The translations under genes were made by a program, and so were the position numbers. From Antedon mediterranea (Eukaryota > Animalia > Echinodermata): a DNA stretch of 64,000 bases. The notes below the pieces were generated by a model. That model had not been told where the DNA came from. It did not search any database and worked only from the letters and a program-made list of their open reading frames with translations. This document shows positions 27,281 through 41,510 of this stretch, piece after piece; the stretch's first letter is position 1, and each line of letters begins with the position of its first letter. The stretch lies in assembly GCF_964355755.1 (NCBI RefSeq), contig NC_092673.1, forward strand, positions 14,418,948-14,482,947. The letters run 5' to 3'.

Positions 27281-27720
27281 GCATATTTTATTACTAAAAC
27301 AAAGTTATTATGTTAGTTTCAATAAATTGTCAACAAACTAAATAATTTTTAATTTCATAAGATGAACAGTTACCATAGCAACAAGACTTTAATTTGTTTA
27401 CTAATAATTTGAATGTGATGCGCAAAAAGATGTCAACCTATAAAAAGGTAAACAAGTGTACAGAATATATATAAAACTTGTTTTTTCACCAATAGGTACT
27501 AATAATACCAAGTGACAACAACCACATTAAAACAAATATGATTATGTGGTAGAAATAAGTTACCATGGCAACCAGCATTTATGTAAACAAGAAAATAAAG
27601 AATTGGATTTAACTCGATATTTAGGAGTGTTTGCATACAAAAATGATTGTGTATGTTACTAATAAGTTGCCATGGCAACCAGAATTAATGTAAACAAAAA
27701 ATTGGGCGTCCAACACTAAT
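27281..27720. repeat. Host repeat interrupted by the Kolobok element (continues from about 13818-14069)
   Basis: GTTACCATG(G/A)CAACCAG..TTT.TGTAAACAAGAAAATAAA..A.TGGATTTAACTC occurs at both 14008 and 27559. Confidence 0.7.
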
Positions 27721-29439
27721 GATCATTTTGTTTTTTCGTACTTGTAAACGTAATTTTTACTGCATCTTCAACACATCAAATCACCAGCAGTAATAAAACC
27801 AAAGCAGTCAACAGTAATACAAAAAATACATTCATTTCTTTTTGTTTGCAACACATTTATTTAAAAGTAAGCGAGTTAATGTAGTCTACAGTATAGCAGA
27901 TTTTAATAAATGTGTTTTAATACATGGTTTATATGTAATATTCTTATGTTTGTCTTGATTAGTATAGCTCAAATTCATTTTCATAATTAAATTATACTAT
28001 ATAGTATGATAAACTACTAATTAAACTATGATTTGTGGAATTTATATATTTCTTATTGGTTAAAATATCAGATTGGTAAACTGGTGCGGGTATTTATATT
28101 GAATCTGAAATTAGAAAAATAAAAAAAAACAATTAGTATCGATATTAATAATTTTATATATAAATAACAAAATTAACGTTAAAATAAAATTTTTTCATTA
28201 GAAGACCATATTGAACAATAAAAACAACAAATAATCAACAAAACATATAATTAACAAAAAACAGTATATAATAGAAGGAGTAAACCTACCAGATAGAACA
28301 GCAAACTTAATAATCAAGGGACTGCACACGGTGGTGTTAACAACTAGGCTAACACCCTCTGTAATGCTTATAATAAAATATCAATACAGTAATATTATTT
28401 AATTTACGGTATTTAAATAACTCAAAATTCTAGAAAACTTTAAATATACATCAACAATTAAATTTACAATGTCAATAAACATTATTTATTAATATACTAA
28501 ATGATTTTATTATGGTTTTATTGATTAACAAAAAGCTAGGCCAAGTGACCTTCAAATGACCTAGACTTGGCCTAAGAAAGTCGTTGGCGTCGGGAAGCGT
28601 CGCATTTAATCTGCTTGAAATTATTGCATTCAAGTCAAAGACAACCTGTTCTTTCCGTTTTTCATATTGTTTTTAATGGGTCTATAACCGTTATATTCGA
28701 AAAATTAGGTTAAAAATCATTTTTTTATCACTCAATATTACTTACCTATTCTGAAATCAATAACTTTGCTTATAATAAACGGATCTTGATAATTTTTTTT
28801 TTAAACCGATCGAAAAAAAAAGATGGCGATTAAAAAGGTGACATATTCACCCACAATGCACCATAAAGACCGTTTGAACGGTACAAGGTAAACAACCGCT
28901 GGCGGCGTCAACTAAAACCAAGATTTTGCACAGCGAACTGAACCGAGTATATTGATGCGCAGAAACGATGCGCGGTAGTAAATTGCGGTCGCTATTTTTA
29001 CGCTTTTATTATGCTTAAAATATGCCGTATTATGATATCTAGGTTACGTCATATAATATTATTATTATTATCGATAACGTTAAATATATGGTGAACAACA
29101 ATGCTTGGCAAAAAAAATAAATAAATCACAGTTTTAACTTGTGATTGTTTTAATACTAGAACTAGGCCTACTCTACCGCCGTATGTCTACATCGGCGGTC
29201 GGCCCACAAGGTTAAGGCATGAACCTGTATGTAGCAACGACTTTCAGTAGAGTAGGCCTACAGTAGTGGCGTACGGCTATGAGCGCTCATTGAAACAAAT
29301 AATAAAACCAAATCAGAAAATAATTACAAAAGAATACAAGTCATAAAATTATATAGGTCATCATAATTATTAAATAAATAAATATATATATATATATAGG
29401 AATACCGAGAGCTGACTCCATTTTCATTACCACGATTAA

Positions 29440-30356
29440 ACAGCGCGCACGTTACTATGCGCGTAATGTCATTGACGCGGTGTTTTTTTACTTTGGTAAC
29501 ACTTTTTATTAGGTAATTGTTCTGAAAATAAATAAATTATAATATATCATTTTGAGTATATATTTATTTACCTATTATTCTATAAGATCAAGTATTTTTT
29601 ATTTCCATTTCATTCAACCAAAAATGTGAATATAGTGGTTAAAAGATCGTTATCGCCTAGCGCGTATAGCTTTTGTTTACTACGAAACCCTCGGAAGGCT
29701 CAATGACCTACCATTTCAACCTTATTTTTGTAGTTGAGCCTCTTATGACCTCAAAATGTTTTTCATTCCTACACCAAGATAATATAGTTCCACATACCAT
29801 GTGCTTGTTACTAAGAAAAATATTAATTTTAACTGCTAAAAAAACAATTTTATCCCGATATGAGGCCTTTATGATTCGAATATTTCATAGTAACAACCCA
29901 TATACCATAAAAAATATCCGTTTAGTCCATTTTTTAAATAATTTTTGAAAAATTCCGAGGGGCTCAACTACAAAAACGCCATTTTATGGTATGATGTCAT
30001 CGCAAGCCAATCAAACCTCCGCATTCGACCGCTCCGCAAGTCTCACGGTTGAACGATTTTGGATTCTCGCCCTTTGATTGGTTGACGCGATTCAACACAG
30101 CGGAATAATTTTCTCGCGAGTGCCGTAAAGTCACATGGTGTCAGGCCTGTCCAATTACACAGGAAAATAGTGCATTGAAATTCTTCGAACGAGGTTAAAT
30201 AAACACTCTTTTTTATATAATAAATAAGTAATATCATATTTTATTGAATTTTACAATGTTGATATATAAAATATGTTACTTAAAATCATGATTTTATATA
30301 ATTATTTTTACGAAAAATGACTAGTTCATACAATTGTCGACTGAGGGCGCAATTTG
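29440..30356. repeat. Dispersed repeat, inverted diverged copy of 1-930
   Basis: Colinear reverse-complement similarity to 1-930 along its length. Confidence 0.8.
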
Positions 30357-30543
30357 TTTACATCGTTCGTGGCTAAAAACGATCATTTTCGTCGATGTTT
30401 TAAACCCTATATTTCGAAAACTACAAGTCATATTTTCATAATTCTTTCTTTATTATAATATTGATACAAAATATTAACAGGCAATGTATAATTTGTTTGA
30501 AAAATATTAACTTTTAATTTTACACCGTTATCCCTAATATATA

Positions 30544-32181
30544 TGTGACCCGATCTGGCAAAACCCTACTTTTGTCGGAAATATTCATTTTGTATTTTTT
30601 TATATATTTGGATTATTTGAATCATAAGCTTTGCAATGGTGTTTATTTCATAAAAATTGAGTAAATATTTAAAAAGTTATTATATTTTAAAAACTTACAA
30701 ATCATTCAATTAGTTTACGAGAAAATCGCGTTTGAAGTTTGCAATGAAATTCTTTTTGATACGCGCTGAAAACTCACTCCGTAGCAACGCGCTATTTTGG
30801 TCTAAGGCACAATGACGTCATACCAGGAAGTGTGTGCGATATAGCAGCAGCGTGGACACTATGGTCAATTTGACTGATTTCAGACGCCGTTTTAACCTAT
30901 TTAGTCACTCGAATTAACTATTTTGCACTATTGAAAAGCAGCATTATAACTACCAAGCTAATGTTAACTGGTTTCGGAAGTGTTTTCGATATCAACGGCA
31001 AAAAACCAAGCAGGCCTAGGCCTAGGCGCGCCTATTCAGATTTTCGCCGTCATCGCCTGTATTAAGACCTACTGATGATGGGTGTTCATCAGGCCGTGTA
31101 TGGCAGCGGTGCATCGACACGGGGGCTAGCGTTAGTCTAGACAAGTTAGGCGCCTTGCAGAGTCACAGAATTGCAAGCTAACATTACACTGTATTGACGA
31201 TTACATTTGTTTTTTTTTATAACGTGGAAGATTCGCTGTGATGTTTGGGCTTGAATCCAATGATTTAAAAAAACATTTAATATGAAAGGAATGGACAATA
31301 AATTAAATAAATAATTAAGAGCCGATTGGATATATAAAATGTATAAATAAAACTATTGACAATAATATAAAGCTAGGCCCAGTAGTAGTAGGCCTACAAC
31401 CATAATAAAATTAGGCCTAGGGCCTACTAGCCCAAAAAAATATAGAAAATACAATTGAATTTATGACGTGAATTGTTTTTGACTTGTCTATTTTACTATG
31501 GAATAAACAAATACATACTACAGCTATTGCAGAACACTTTACTTTGAATATTAAAATCGTTTTTATTCCAATTTACGACATGCTGTGTGTACAATAAAAA
31601 TAACCTCACAAAAATGTAAACAACTTTTTATTTCCGCGCGTAGAGCGTATAACATCTAGCGCGTTGACCAATAACGTTTGTTATTGCGATGATGCGCCAT
31701 AGCAACACACGCAGTTCGCTGTTCCAGAAACTTCGAAGAACCGAATTTTCTGAAATGATGTCATAGTAAATCAAAGTTTTCATTGGTTCCTTCTTTAAAC
31801 TCCGCCCTAAAACTTCCATATTTGGAATGTCAAATGGATGAGCTTTATTTTGATGTGTGACCTTTCAACATTTTGCAGCGAACTGGCGATCAAAATGTCG
31901 TAAAACTCGGCAACTTTCAACTGAATTTACGCAAAATTTTAGCGTAGATCGTGAATAAATTGTTAGGCTTGAGGAAAATACATGTTTTTAAAACTCTCTT
32001 TTTTCATAATTTTAGTTAAATTTCGGGAGTTTAAATCAGGTAGACGTATTCTTAGATAGTGAAATATTTCGAAAATGCAAAATTATGTAATCTGCCAGGG
32101 TAGTCGATTTGGACGTATTTTGACTGATTACGTGAATTTTGAATTGCCGACAAAGAGAGGGTTTTGCCAGATCGGGTCACA
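30544..32181. mobile_element. Non-autonomous TIR element with TGT...ACA ends inserted in a TATA run
   Basis: TGTGACCCGATCTGGCAAAACCCT is a perfect 24-bp inverted repeat, extending imperfectly to about 39 bp; TATA lies on both sides. Confidence 0.88.
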
Positions 32182-33610
32182 TATATAGACCTTCATTCAA
32201 TAATTTGCCGATTTATTTTCAAAAAGTTTTCATTATTGTTTATCGTATATTATAAAGAATTCAATTATTAATTTCCCAAGGAACGAAAGTGTCATAACTT
32301 TAAAATAATTTCTAACTTTAATCTCGTTTTAATTGATTGATTAAAAAAGATTGATTGACAAAAAGAAATATTCAATTAACAATGGCCAGTAAATCAGAAA
32401 ACAGTAGACGTTGTAAAATATAAACAACATCTTCTTGGTCATTCATTACATTATCTGTAGGGTAATTCATTCATGGAGTCCTGTATGGACACATTGCGTC
32501 ACGCTTGTTTTGTAATTCATCATTACAATATAAAGCTTTCTGGATTTATTATTTTATCAAGTATTACGAGAAAATTTAAGGAAATATAGAAAAAGTATAA
32601 AAACATTTATTCAAAAATTCATTGTGATATTGATAATAAATATTTAAAAGTGGTAATTAAACCACAAAGAGAAAAAAAAATGTCACAAAGTTGAGTCGTT
32701 GGCATATTCCATGCCACATGGTAGAACGGTGCTAGACAGTGTTTCGACGACATATTATTATTTTGCCATACTGTATATGGCCTTTTACGTACTTAATTGA
32801 TTCCAGACAAATACCAGTCTACAACAGGGCAAGAGAAACACGCGTGGTTATTCTGTTTACAGTACTGCGGCATCGTGTGGAAGTCGAGCGTTACATTTGT
32901 CAACAGAAATCATGCACAGCGTTGAAACATCGGTATGCCTAGCAGGCTGTCGAGCCTGTTCAAGTTCGAGCGGAAGTCGAGCGTTACTGTTGTCAATTTA
33001 ATCGCAGCGTAGACTAACACTGAGCAGTAGGAAATAATATTATGATCAAACATCGACTAGGCCTAGGCCTAATGATTCTTGTTTGTAAGTATTGTTCGGA
33101 GAATTGTTTTATTAAAAAAGACAAACATAAACAATAACAGAATAGCCTATATGATTTTTAAATATTTCCATGACTTTTTCATAAAGTAATTTTGTCTGGA
33201 CTTTAATCAAAGGTCTTGAAAAAACGAACCCACATTAACTTTCCAAATTTTGTACGTACAGTACTATAAAAACAATCACGTGCGTGTGTACATTTTACCC
33301 CTATTTTATAAAATGGAAGGTTCTATACAATTGTTATCGATTTTATACTTGCACGGGCGACGCGTCTTTGCCGCGACTGAATTAAGTTGTTTATTTTTTG
33401 CATTACTACGAGTGGCCGACGGTCCGAATCGTCGGATACGGGTCAACTTATTCTGAGAGGCTCCCTAAGGCCGCATCAAAAATACTAATATTTTGTTTGT
33501 TTGTAAGGCCAAATAAAAAAATATATAGCCTATTTTTCGTCAATAAAAAAGCTTTGCACGTAATACACGGCGGCGTTGGATACAACAAAGGTTTTCATTC
33601 AATATCAGTG

Positions 33611-34501
33611 CATGGAGGTAAAAAAATAGGAGAGAGCTTGAATATATTGTAGCGCATTAACAGAATGTTGCCATGGTATTTTTGAAGCCAAAGCATTGTG
33701 CCGACAGCGTGCTGCGCAAACTTTGCTACCAAGGTCAGCCGCCGCCTCTATCTAGTCAGCCCTCTATCATAGATGAGGTGAGAGCCTCAAATATACACAA
33801 ACAAACACATACTTTTGGCATGCGCAGTGTTATTGTTTGTGTTATAATTATATAATCAAATGTTTGCTTCCCGCTTAAAAAATCTTTAAATATAATATTG
33901 ATACCAAACACGTTTACATATGACATTTAAAGCAAATTTTATCAGGCTTCCAATCTATTATAGTTGTTTAAATTGTAATTTTTATGTTTATGCAATTATA
34001 TGTATTTCGATAAAATATTAATAAACGTCCTCATACAGCTGTAGTTTTGTGTGAAGAACACATGGTTATTAGATTACTTTACATTCTTATGTTTTTCATT
34101 AAGCTGCCGATAATTGCCGGCCAAAAATATTGACGAAATACATTAGGCATATTTTTGCGGGATGGGGGAGGTATTCGATTACGAAACTGTGACTAGGCCT
34201 ATAGTTTTAGGCTAGGGCCGGAGTAGTCCTTGCATAATTATTATATCTAGGCTAATCATTGCTGTAAGTAGCAATTTTATCTCCGCTGCATGCAGAGTAA
34301 ACAAGCATGTGACGTCACATCTCGATATCAGGAGGCATGCGCAGTGACTCGGAATGCGACTAGGAAGCAACCACGTGGAGGCACATTGAGGGTAAGTTGC
34401 GGTTAACATTGTGTAACATGCTGCGTTATATGGGGAGGCGGCGGACTATGTAATTACAAAGGCTTTTCTTCCGAGCTCTCTCCTATTTTTATACCTCATT
34501 G
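33611..34501. mobile_element. P-element-like MITE with 7-bp TSD ATCAGTG
   Basis: CATGGAGGTAAAAAAATAGGAGAGAGCT vs right-end reverse complement CAATGAGGTATAAAAATAGGAGAGAGCT; ATCAGTG at 33604-33610 and 34502-34508. Confidence 0.8.
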
Positions 34502-35356
34502 ATCAGTGCATGAAGAATTAATTTTATAAAGATTATGTTCCACTTTGCTTCTTGGAAATAAAAGTCTATGGCACTTCTTGTATTTAAAAACTCAATTCAT
34601 CATTTATTCTGCATACAATCCATTTTTAAAAAATTATTCTGCATATATATAATTCACTTGTGTATTATTAAACTAGAAAACCTAATTTTTGTTTTCAGAC
34701 AGATACAATTATGAAAATAAAAGCATACAGTATTCTTCATATTTATTCATATTTATTTATAAATATCTGGATCATCATCAAAATTGTAGGCCTATTAATT
34801 TGAATACATTCAATTACTTTAATATTTATATACTGTATATTAATTTTATCAATTTGTTTATTTTCTTAATAAATACATCAACATCAAATCATAATTTTAT
34901 TAGTAACTAGTATTTATAAGATTAAGTAGTCCAATATTTATTCCTGATTGAATGCTCTCAAAGTCAAGTTAAATTCTCTGGTGGTATGTGGTGAATCCCA
35001 TGATGAACACTTCTGATTTCAATTGAAATTCACTGAGCTGCACACTTGTTTTATCAAGGCAATGGACTGAAAAGAAAGCATGCTAGAGGAGACGGAGGAT
35101 GCATGCAAGCAAAGTTAAGTTAATAATAATAATAGATGTTAATCAGTGAATGAATGAGCTAATGCAATTCAGATGTGCAGTTCCAAAACCTGATAAACAA
35201 ATAATCATAATTAAATATAAAATATTAGTTCTTTTCTACATAAAACACATGCACTATTCTACTGTGTTAATAAACAAAGAGGTTAAGTCCACATCTACTA
35301 AAAAGTAAAATTAATACAAAAAACGATGTGCATTTGTTTACAAACACAAATCGACA

Positions 35357-35561
35357 TGGCGCTTGCAGTGGATAAGCGATCCAAACTTAAAAAATTAATA
35401 ATAATATTAATGGAAGCTAGACGGCAAAATAAAAACCAGGAAAAAAGAAGAAAACACAATATGTGGGTGATGAGAGATGTGTTATCACATCGGTCAACTT
35501 TGCAGCAGTACCATGCCCATTTTATGATGCTGAAGGAACGAAATAGAGAGTGGTTTTTTAA
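35357..35561 (+). pseudogene. First exon of a PIF/Harbinger (HARBI1-like) transposase, orphaned
   Basis: RRKHNMWVMRDVLSHRSTLQQYHAHFMMLKERNREWFF followed by a GTAAAT donor resembles the Harbinger N-terminus. Downstream exons were not found. Confidence 0.55.
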
Positions 35562-37013
35562 GTAAATAAGTAGACTAGGCATACTACTACTGTACTTGGT
35601 ACTACTAGCTTAGAGAAGAGTATGTACTAGGCTAAAGCTCACAAGCGTAGTACAGTAGTAGGCCTAGACTAGCCTAGACTAGGCCTAGTATTAGTAGTGG
35701 TAGGCCTCTAGGCTAGCACAATCAATAATACGACAGTAATCACTAAATATCAATACAATTAGGGCCTAGGCCTTTATCCCGTCTGAATTATTTAGCCTTA
35801 ATACTCTAGGCCTAGTAATGGCTAACCTTGCCCATATAGGTAGGGGAAACAACCTAGGCCTAAGGGAGTATGGTTGAAACGGCCGCCAGTTTAATATCGT
35901 CATTTGTATGGAACGCCATGTGCGCTTTAATCTTTGATTGTCGTTGTCAACGCCATGGCTTATGGCGAGTTGAGTTACAGCTGTATGTATGGAAACCAAT
36001 AAATATAAGCTAAATCATGTACTATCAAATCTTTATATTTCTATAATATTAAGTTTGCCTGACGATAAATCAATGTATATTTTATTTAAATATATTTACA
36101 TATACTATCAAATCATATTCTACAGTACTATTGAACCTTTATGTCTCATTTACGTACTATTTATTTATTTATATCTTGGTTTTTATTATTAGTAATAGGG
36201 TATGTTATACATTTAAGTGTTATTCCATTGTAATACATTGTTTGTGTTTTCAATAAAGCAATGTGAGATGAAAACGCGACCTTCTACAGCACTATTCTTG
36301 GCCGGCCGCCAGTCGATTTATTAGCAGAAATTCGCATAATTAATTACCGTACCGTACAGACACTTGCATCCAGTCTTATTTTATTATTTAAAACTCATTT
36401 TAAATTGATCAATAGTTTTATATCTGAAGGTATAAAACAATTTAGGATATTAAATAAATGAATTGATGTCATCATGTTATTGTAATTGCGAACACGTACT
36501 ACAGTAGTTACTCTACTAATTAATTAATATACAATCCGGCCTAAGTAGGAGGCCTTATACAGTAGGCCTAGGCCTATCTATAGCCTAGTACACATTGTCA
36601 TTATTAGAAAGGCTTACCGCCTTAGTTAAAAAAGTTGAAAAAGAAGTACGCCATCAATTATTAAGGTCGAAGGTGATGCAAGTCAAGCAAAATGTATTGT
36701 TTGCAACGTTGTTAGGAACGTTGTGTTATCTCCGTTTAAATAATTTTTATTTTTGATTGAAAAAACAACTATAAAGTATCAAAACTGGGATAGGCCTTTT
36801 CAAGTATTAGAAAAAGTGTGATGCAAATAATAATTAGTTTAGGCCTAGGCTAGAGGAGGCCTGGCTAGTTAGGCCTATTTGTTGTAGGTCCCACATTCGA
36901 CTCTCGCTCTCTTGATTACTTCCTACTCTTGAACTTCTGGCCTGTCTTTGTGTAATGTAAAGCCTAAACTCAAATATTATTAGAACCTAAACTAGGCCCT
37001 ACTACTGTAGTTT

Positions 37014-38190
37014 AACCCAAAAAAAGGCAAACTTTAAGGAATTTCAAATTTTTTCCCCATAAATTGTCTCCCTATATAGTTCTAGTTGTGTTCTAATAAA
37101 TATTAATTGATTTAAAGGAGGTTTGCGCAGCTTTTTTTGTTGTTTGCGCTGTGAAATCAGTAATTTTCCCAAAAATTGAAGTTTTTCACCCAAAAAAAGG
37201 CAAACTTAAAGGAATTTCAAATTTTTTCTCCATAAATTGTCTCCCTATATAGTTCTAGTTGTGTTCTAATAAATATTAATTGATTTAAAGGAGGTTTGCG
37301 CAGCTTTTTTTGTTGTTTGCGCTGTGAAATCAGTAATTTTTCCAAAAATTGAAGTTTTTCACCCAAAAAAAGGCAAACTTAAAGGAATTTCAAATTTTTT
37401 CCCCATAAATTGTCTCCCTATATAGTTCTAGTTGTGTTCTAATAAATATTAATTGATTTAAAGGAGGTTTGCGCAGCTTTTTTTGTTGTTTGCGCTGTGA
37501 AATCAGTAATTTTCCCAAAAATTGAAGTTTTTCACTCAAAAAAAGGCAAACTTAAAGGAATTTCAAATTTTTTCCCCATAAATTGTCTCCCTATATAGTT
37601 CTAGTTGTGTTCTAATAAATATTAATTGATTTAAAGGAGGTTTGCGCAGCTTTTTTTGTTGTTTGCGCTGTGAAATCAGTAATTTTCCCAAAAATTGAAG
37701 TTTTTCACCCAAAAAAAGCAAACTTAAAGGAATTTCAAATTTTTTTCCCCATAAATTGTCTCCCTATATAGGTCTAGTTGTGTTTTAATCAATATTAATA
37801 GATTTAAAGGAGGTTTGCACTGCTTTTTTTGTTGTTTGCGCTGTGAAATCAGTAATTTTCCCAAAAATTGAAGTTTTTAACCCAAAAAAAAGGCAAACTT
37901 AAAGGAATTTCAAATTTTTTTCTCATAAATTGTCTCCCTATATAGTTCTAGTTGTGTTCTAATCAATAATAATTGTTTTGAAGGAGGTTTGCGCAGCTTT
38001 TTTTGTTGTTTGCGCTATGAAATCAGTAATTTTCCCAAAAATTGAAGTTTTTAACCCAAAAAAAGGCAAACTTAAAGGAATTACAATTTTTTTTCCCATA
38101 AATTGTCTCCCTATATAGTTCTAGTTTTCTATCAATATTAATTGTTTTGAAGGAGGGTTGCGCAGCTTTTTTTGTTGTTTGCACAGTGTT
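37014..38190. repeat. Tandem satellite, about 173-bp unit, about 6.8 copies
   Basis: Units starting ACCCAAAAAAAGGCAAACTTAAAGGAATTTC at about 37015, 37188, 37361, 37534, 37707, 37880 and 38054; highly similar, with divergence rising to the right. Confidence 0.97.
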
Positions 38191-38899
38191 TGCGCAGTTT
38201 GCGCAGTTTAGCAATACGTCCTTTAGATCTAAATTAAACAAGATAAAAAATAGCCATTTATACATTTTACTTTTTTATAATAGCATGTACAGTACTAGTG
38301 TAGTACTAATTTACTAAACAATATGTTTGTAGCATTGTTATACAGGGTGTTACAACATACAGTATTAATGTAATTTATTTGCTTAGTTATTATTTATCTC
38401 GAAAAACGTGTCCGTACGTTTTTAAACGTTTTTTCAACTTCATCGAGGCCAGACCTAGGCCGAAGAATTGTTTAATTCTTCGGCAATTTGACATATAGCA
38501 TTTAGTCTTGTTGTTTTTTTATTTTTAAATATATTCGTCCTCCTGTTATACAAAACCTTGTACCTTTGGCAAATTCCCATTACAGCACGTTCATAAAACT
38601 CCATTCTGTATGTTAAAAAAATAATTGTTATCTACGGTAGGCATAGCTAAACAATTTTCTATTTGACCACTGTGGAATTTTAATTTTGATAATGTGACAA
38701 TATTGTTCTTAGATACATGTACTGTATTTTTCAGTTATTTAATATAATAAACTGCATATACTTATTTTTTCATGAAATATGTATTAAAAAAAAGTTTTGA
38801 ATCATTTAAATGAGACAAAAAGGCTAACTGAAATTTAAACTCACCTATGGTGTTAATATCAAATAAGTTCGAATAAAATTCCATCCTAAATTCTTTGGA

Positions 38900-39905
38900 T
38901 CCCTCGATAGCGGCAGTTCAGGCAGACTCAACAGCATAACGCCATTTGTGTGATGGAAATATTGGCCATTGTTTCTCAATACAAAAGAATAGAATTATCC
39001 CTACAAAATTTGCATGTGGCAATGTTCATGTGAGTGGCGTGTCCGTCAACGAAAAGAATAATGAACTTCCAGCATTCCGAACACAACTAGAAAAAATGGA
39101 TAGCAGTCCACTAAAAAAAAATCTCCTGGTCCATCAATCTGTTATGGCTTCTTCCCAGGAAACTCCCTTCTGGTGCCCCTAGCAAGGAGTTGTAAATAAA
39201 TCGTTGCCCTTGAAACACTATCAGTATCATCGGGGGAACATAATACCTGTCTGCGTTATTTGTGATTTTGTGGTGCTTCCTACCTGGTAAACATCCTTCA
39301 CTCCCATTTCGGCAATTTCCCTCCCAGATTTTATACAGAGAGGAAACCCCGACTCATCCGCATTGAAAACGCGTCTTGGGTCATCGATTATTTCTCTTTA
39401 GTTCTGTTCATGGAGATACAACTCCAAATCAGTGAACAATTTTATTTTTTCAAATGTGACGATGGCCCTTTCTTTGCCTAAATGCTCAGTACCCTGTTTG
39501 GTCAATTTAGAGTGTCGCCCAAAAAAAAGGACACCCATTTTTTATTCCCCGGACGATTGTCCGTGAAAGAATTTGGACGGCCGTCTGTGTCCAGAATGCG
39601 CTTCACCTCTATTAGCCAATCCTGAAATTCACAATGGGTAAAAAAAATAAGCAAAAGATAATGCGGTATACCGTATAAATCATAGTATTTAAGTACGTAC
39701 TATTGATGCTTAGTTTACATAGTACGGCAGTATAATTTAATTAAATTCCTTTTATTACACCTATGCCATCATTGTTATCGTTTAGAAAACTGGACTAACC
39801 TTCTCTTCGGCTTCTTTAAGTATTGTCTTGGGATCTGACCGTCCAGTTATTGGTCGCCGATTATTCACCTTGTCATATAGCGTTGACCGTGGTATCCCTA
39901 TTGTA
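38900..39905 (-). pseudogene. pogo/Tigger-type transposase remnant (HTH-psq, CENP-B HTH, DDE_1)
   Basis: Minus-strand pieces GIPRSTLYDKVN, VKRILDTDGRPNSFTDNRPG and DDPRRVFNADESGFPLC. Confidence 0.8.
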
Positions 39906-40239
39906 GAGATTTCTCCACTATTTGTCAGACATTCTATTAGTTAAACAGTCAAAACAAGCAATAAAAAGTCGATCTTTACTAACTCTACGTTGATGAATTT
40001 ATTTTGTTTTGCGTCTATAGTAGTATATGTTTCAAATTTTGCTGTATGACCAGGGCTATCGCATCTCGTGTCAACAGATAAGTCTAATGGCTCTAATTTT
40101 TATGTTAAAGCCTTATTTTGTGCTGCATATACAGCAGGAAAGATAAACCTGATAAGAAAAGAAGGGGTACAGTATTATTTGAATGAAAATTTCAAGCGTT
40201 CGAGAGAAAAGAAGATACCAAAACTATGTAAGTCTATTT

Positions 40240-41510
40240 ACAATTTTGGTGATAAATATATATTCTTTCTGTGAAAACTGCAATGTTCATCAATTCAAAA
40301 GCGCTCAAAAATTGAGAAATGCATGAACCTGAAAAGTAATTTTTGGGTAATGTTATTTTACGGTACGGTTCATAAAAATGAAAATATAATGGATACTTCT
40401 GATAGGAAGACTGAAACACATGAAATATATATTTCTTCTGAGATTAAATTTCTGACTCAAGTAAATAAAAAACAGATTTTAAATACTAAATATACCTGAA
40501 ATGAGAATAATTGCTGACAATAGTATGTTGAATGCAAAATAATTTCCCAATTTCGGTTGGCTTGCCTGGCTTCAATTTCAATTGCTTTCCCGCATTTTTT
40601 GACAATACATCTTTCTGTTAGATGGCCGCATTTATTACAGTGATTAAATAAAGCCATCAGTTGAGACTCGCCAATATATTTATTTTCCCCAACAATTGTC
40701 GGGGCGAGCATAGTCACTGCTGTTGAATAAAATACAATTTTCCCAATAAAATACAAAATCTTAAATTTAACACGTGACTCCATGGGTAGCCAATTTAACA
40801 AATGACCATAATGAATATTTTTTTAAATACCTGACTAAATTAATAAATAAGTAACTTTAATATTCATTTGTGCACTCATTGCTTCCTCAAATTTCTTTGG
40901 ATTTAATTTCTCTTTTAACTCTATGATATGTTCTATTGATGGTATTGATGTACAGACTGTTCCCGATAGCTTTAATGCATTAGCTGTGTTTTCTGTTGCT
41001 TGTTTTGTTAATGCTCTCTGTCTGGCTTCTTGTTCTTCTTCTGTTCTGGGTTGACCAACTAGCATAGGTGTTTAGGACCTGTTTGGTCTTTCCGTGCCTC
41101 CTTTTATAATTGTTTTGTCTTCTTTGTTATGTATATGGCAGAAATTGAATAAATAAAAAAAAAATAAATAAATTAACATTTGACCAATATAAATTGGACT
41201 ACATGCCACTCAAAACTCAACGATAACAAAACAATATCCATGTCTTTACGTTTCACTGCTGTGTGTGTGTGTGCAATTGGCTGACGATTCTGTATGCGCA
41301 AGTGCTATGCCTAATAGGCCTACTACTGCTGTTGTTTACATTGTCTTCCGGACAAAAATGCTCCGAGCAAATCCGATGGTGATTCTTGTAAACGTAATTC
41401 GTTCTTGTAAACTTTACAGCTTTTATCCATTGTTTTCTCTCGCTTTCATATTGGGATAATAAGATTGGGTTTTTTTCCGACAAAACCCAACTTGACAAAT
41501 GGAAGACATA
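40240..41510 (-). pseudogene. THAP-domain Kolobok-type transposase, 5' remnant
   Basis: MSSICQVGFC...RKQWIKAV...RICSEHFCPED is a THAP domain. KYIGESQLMALFNHCNKCG and NILLSAIILISG match the Kolobok region preceding the DDE core. Confidence 0.7.

Noticed and set aside
28330-29216. Second piggyBac-like element ending ...CACAAGG|TTAA
   Set aside because: No matching left terminus could be identified.
37014-38190. CRISPR-like array
   Set aside because: The units are contiguous with no unique spacers, there are no cas genes, and the context is eukaryotic. ORF 38023-38265 is a chance reading of the satellite.
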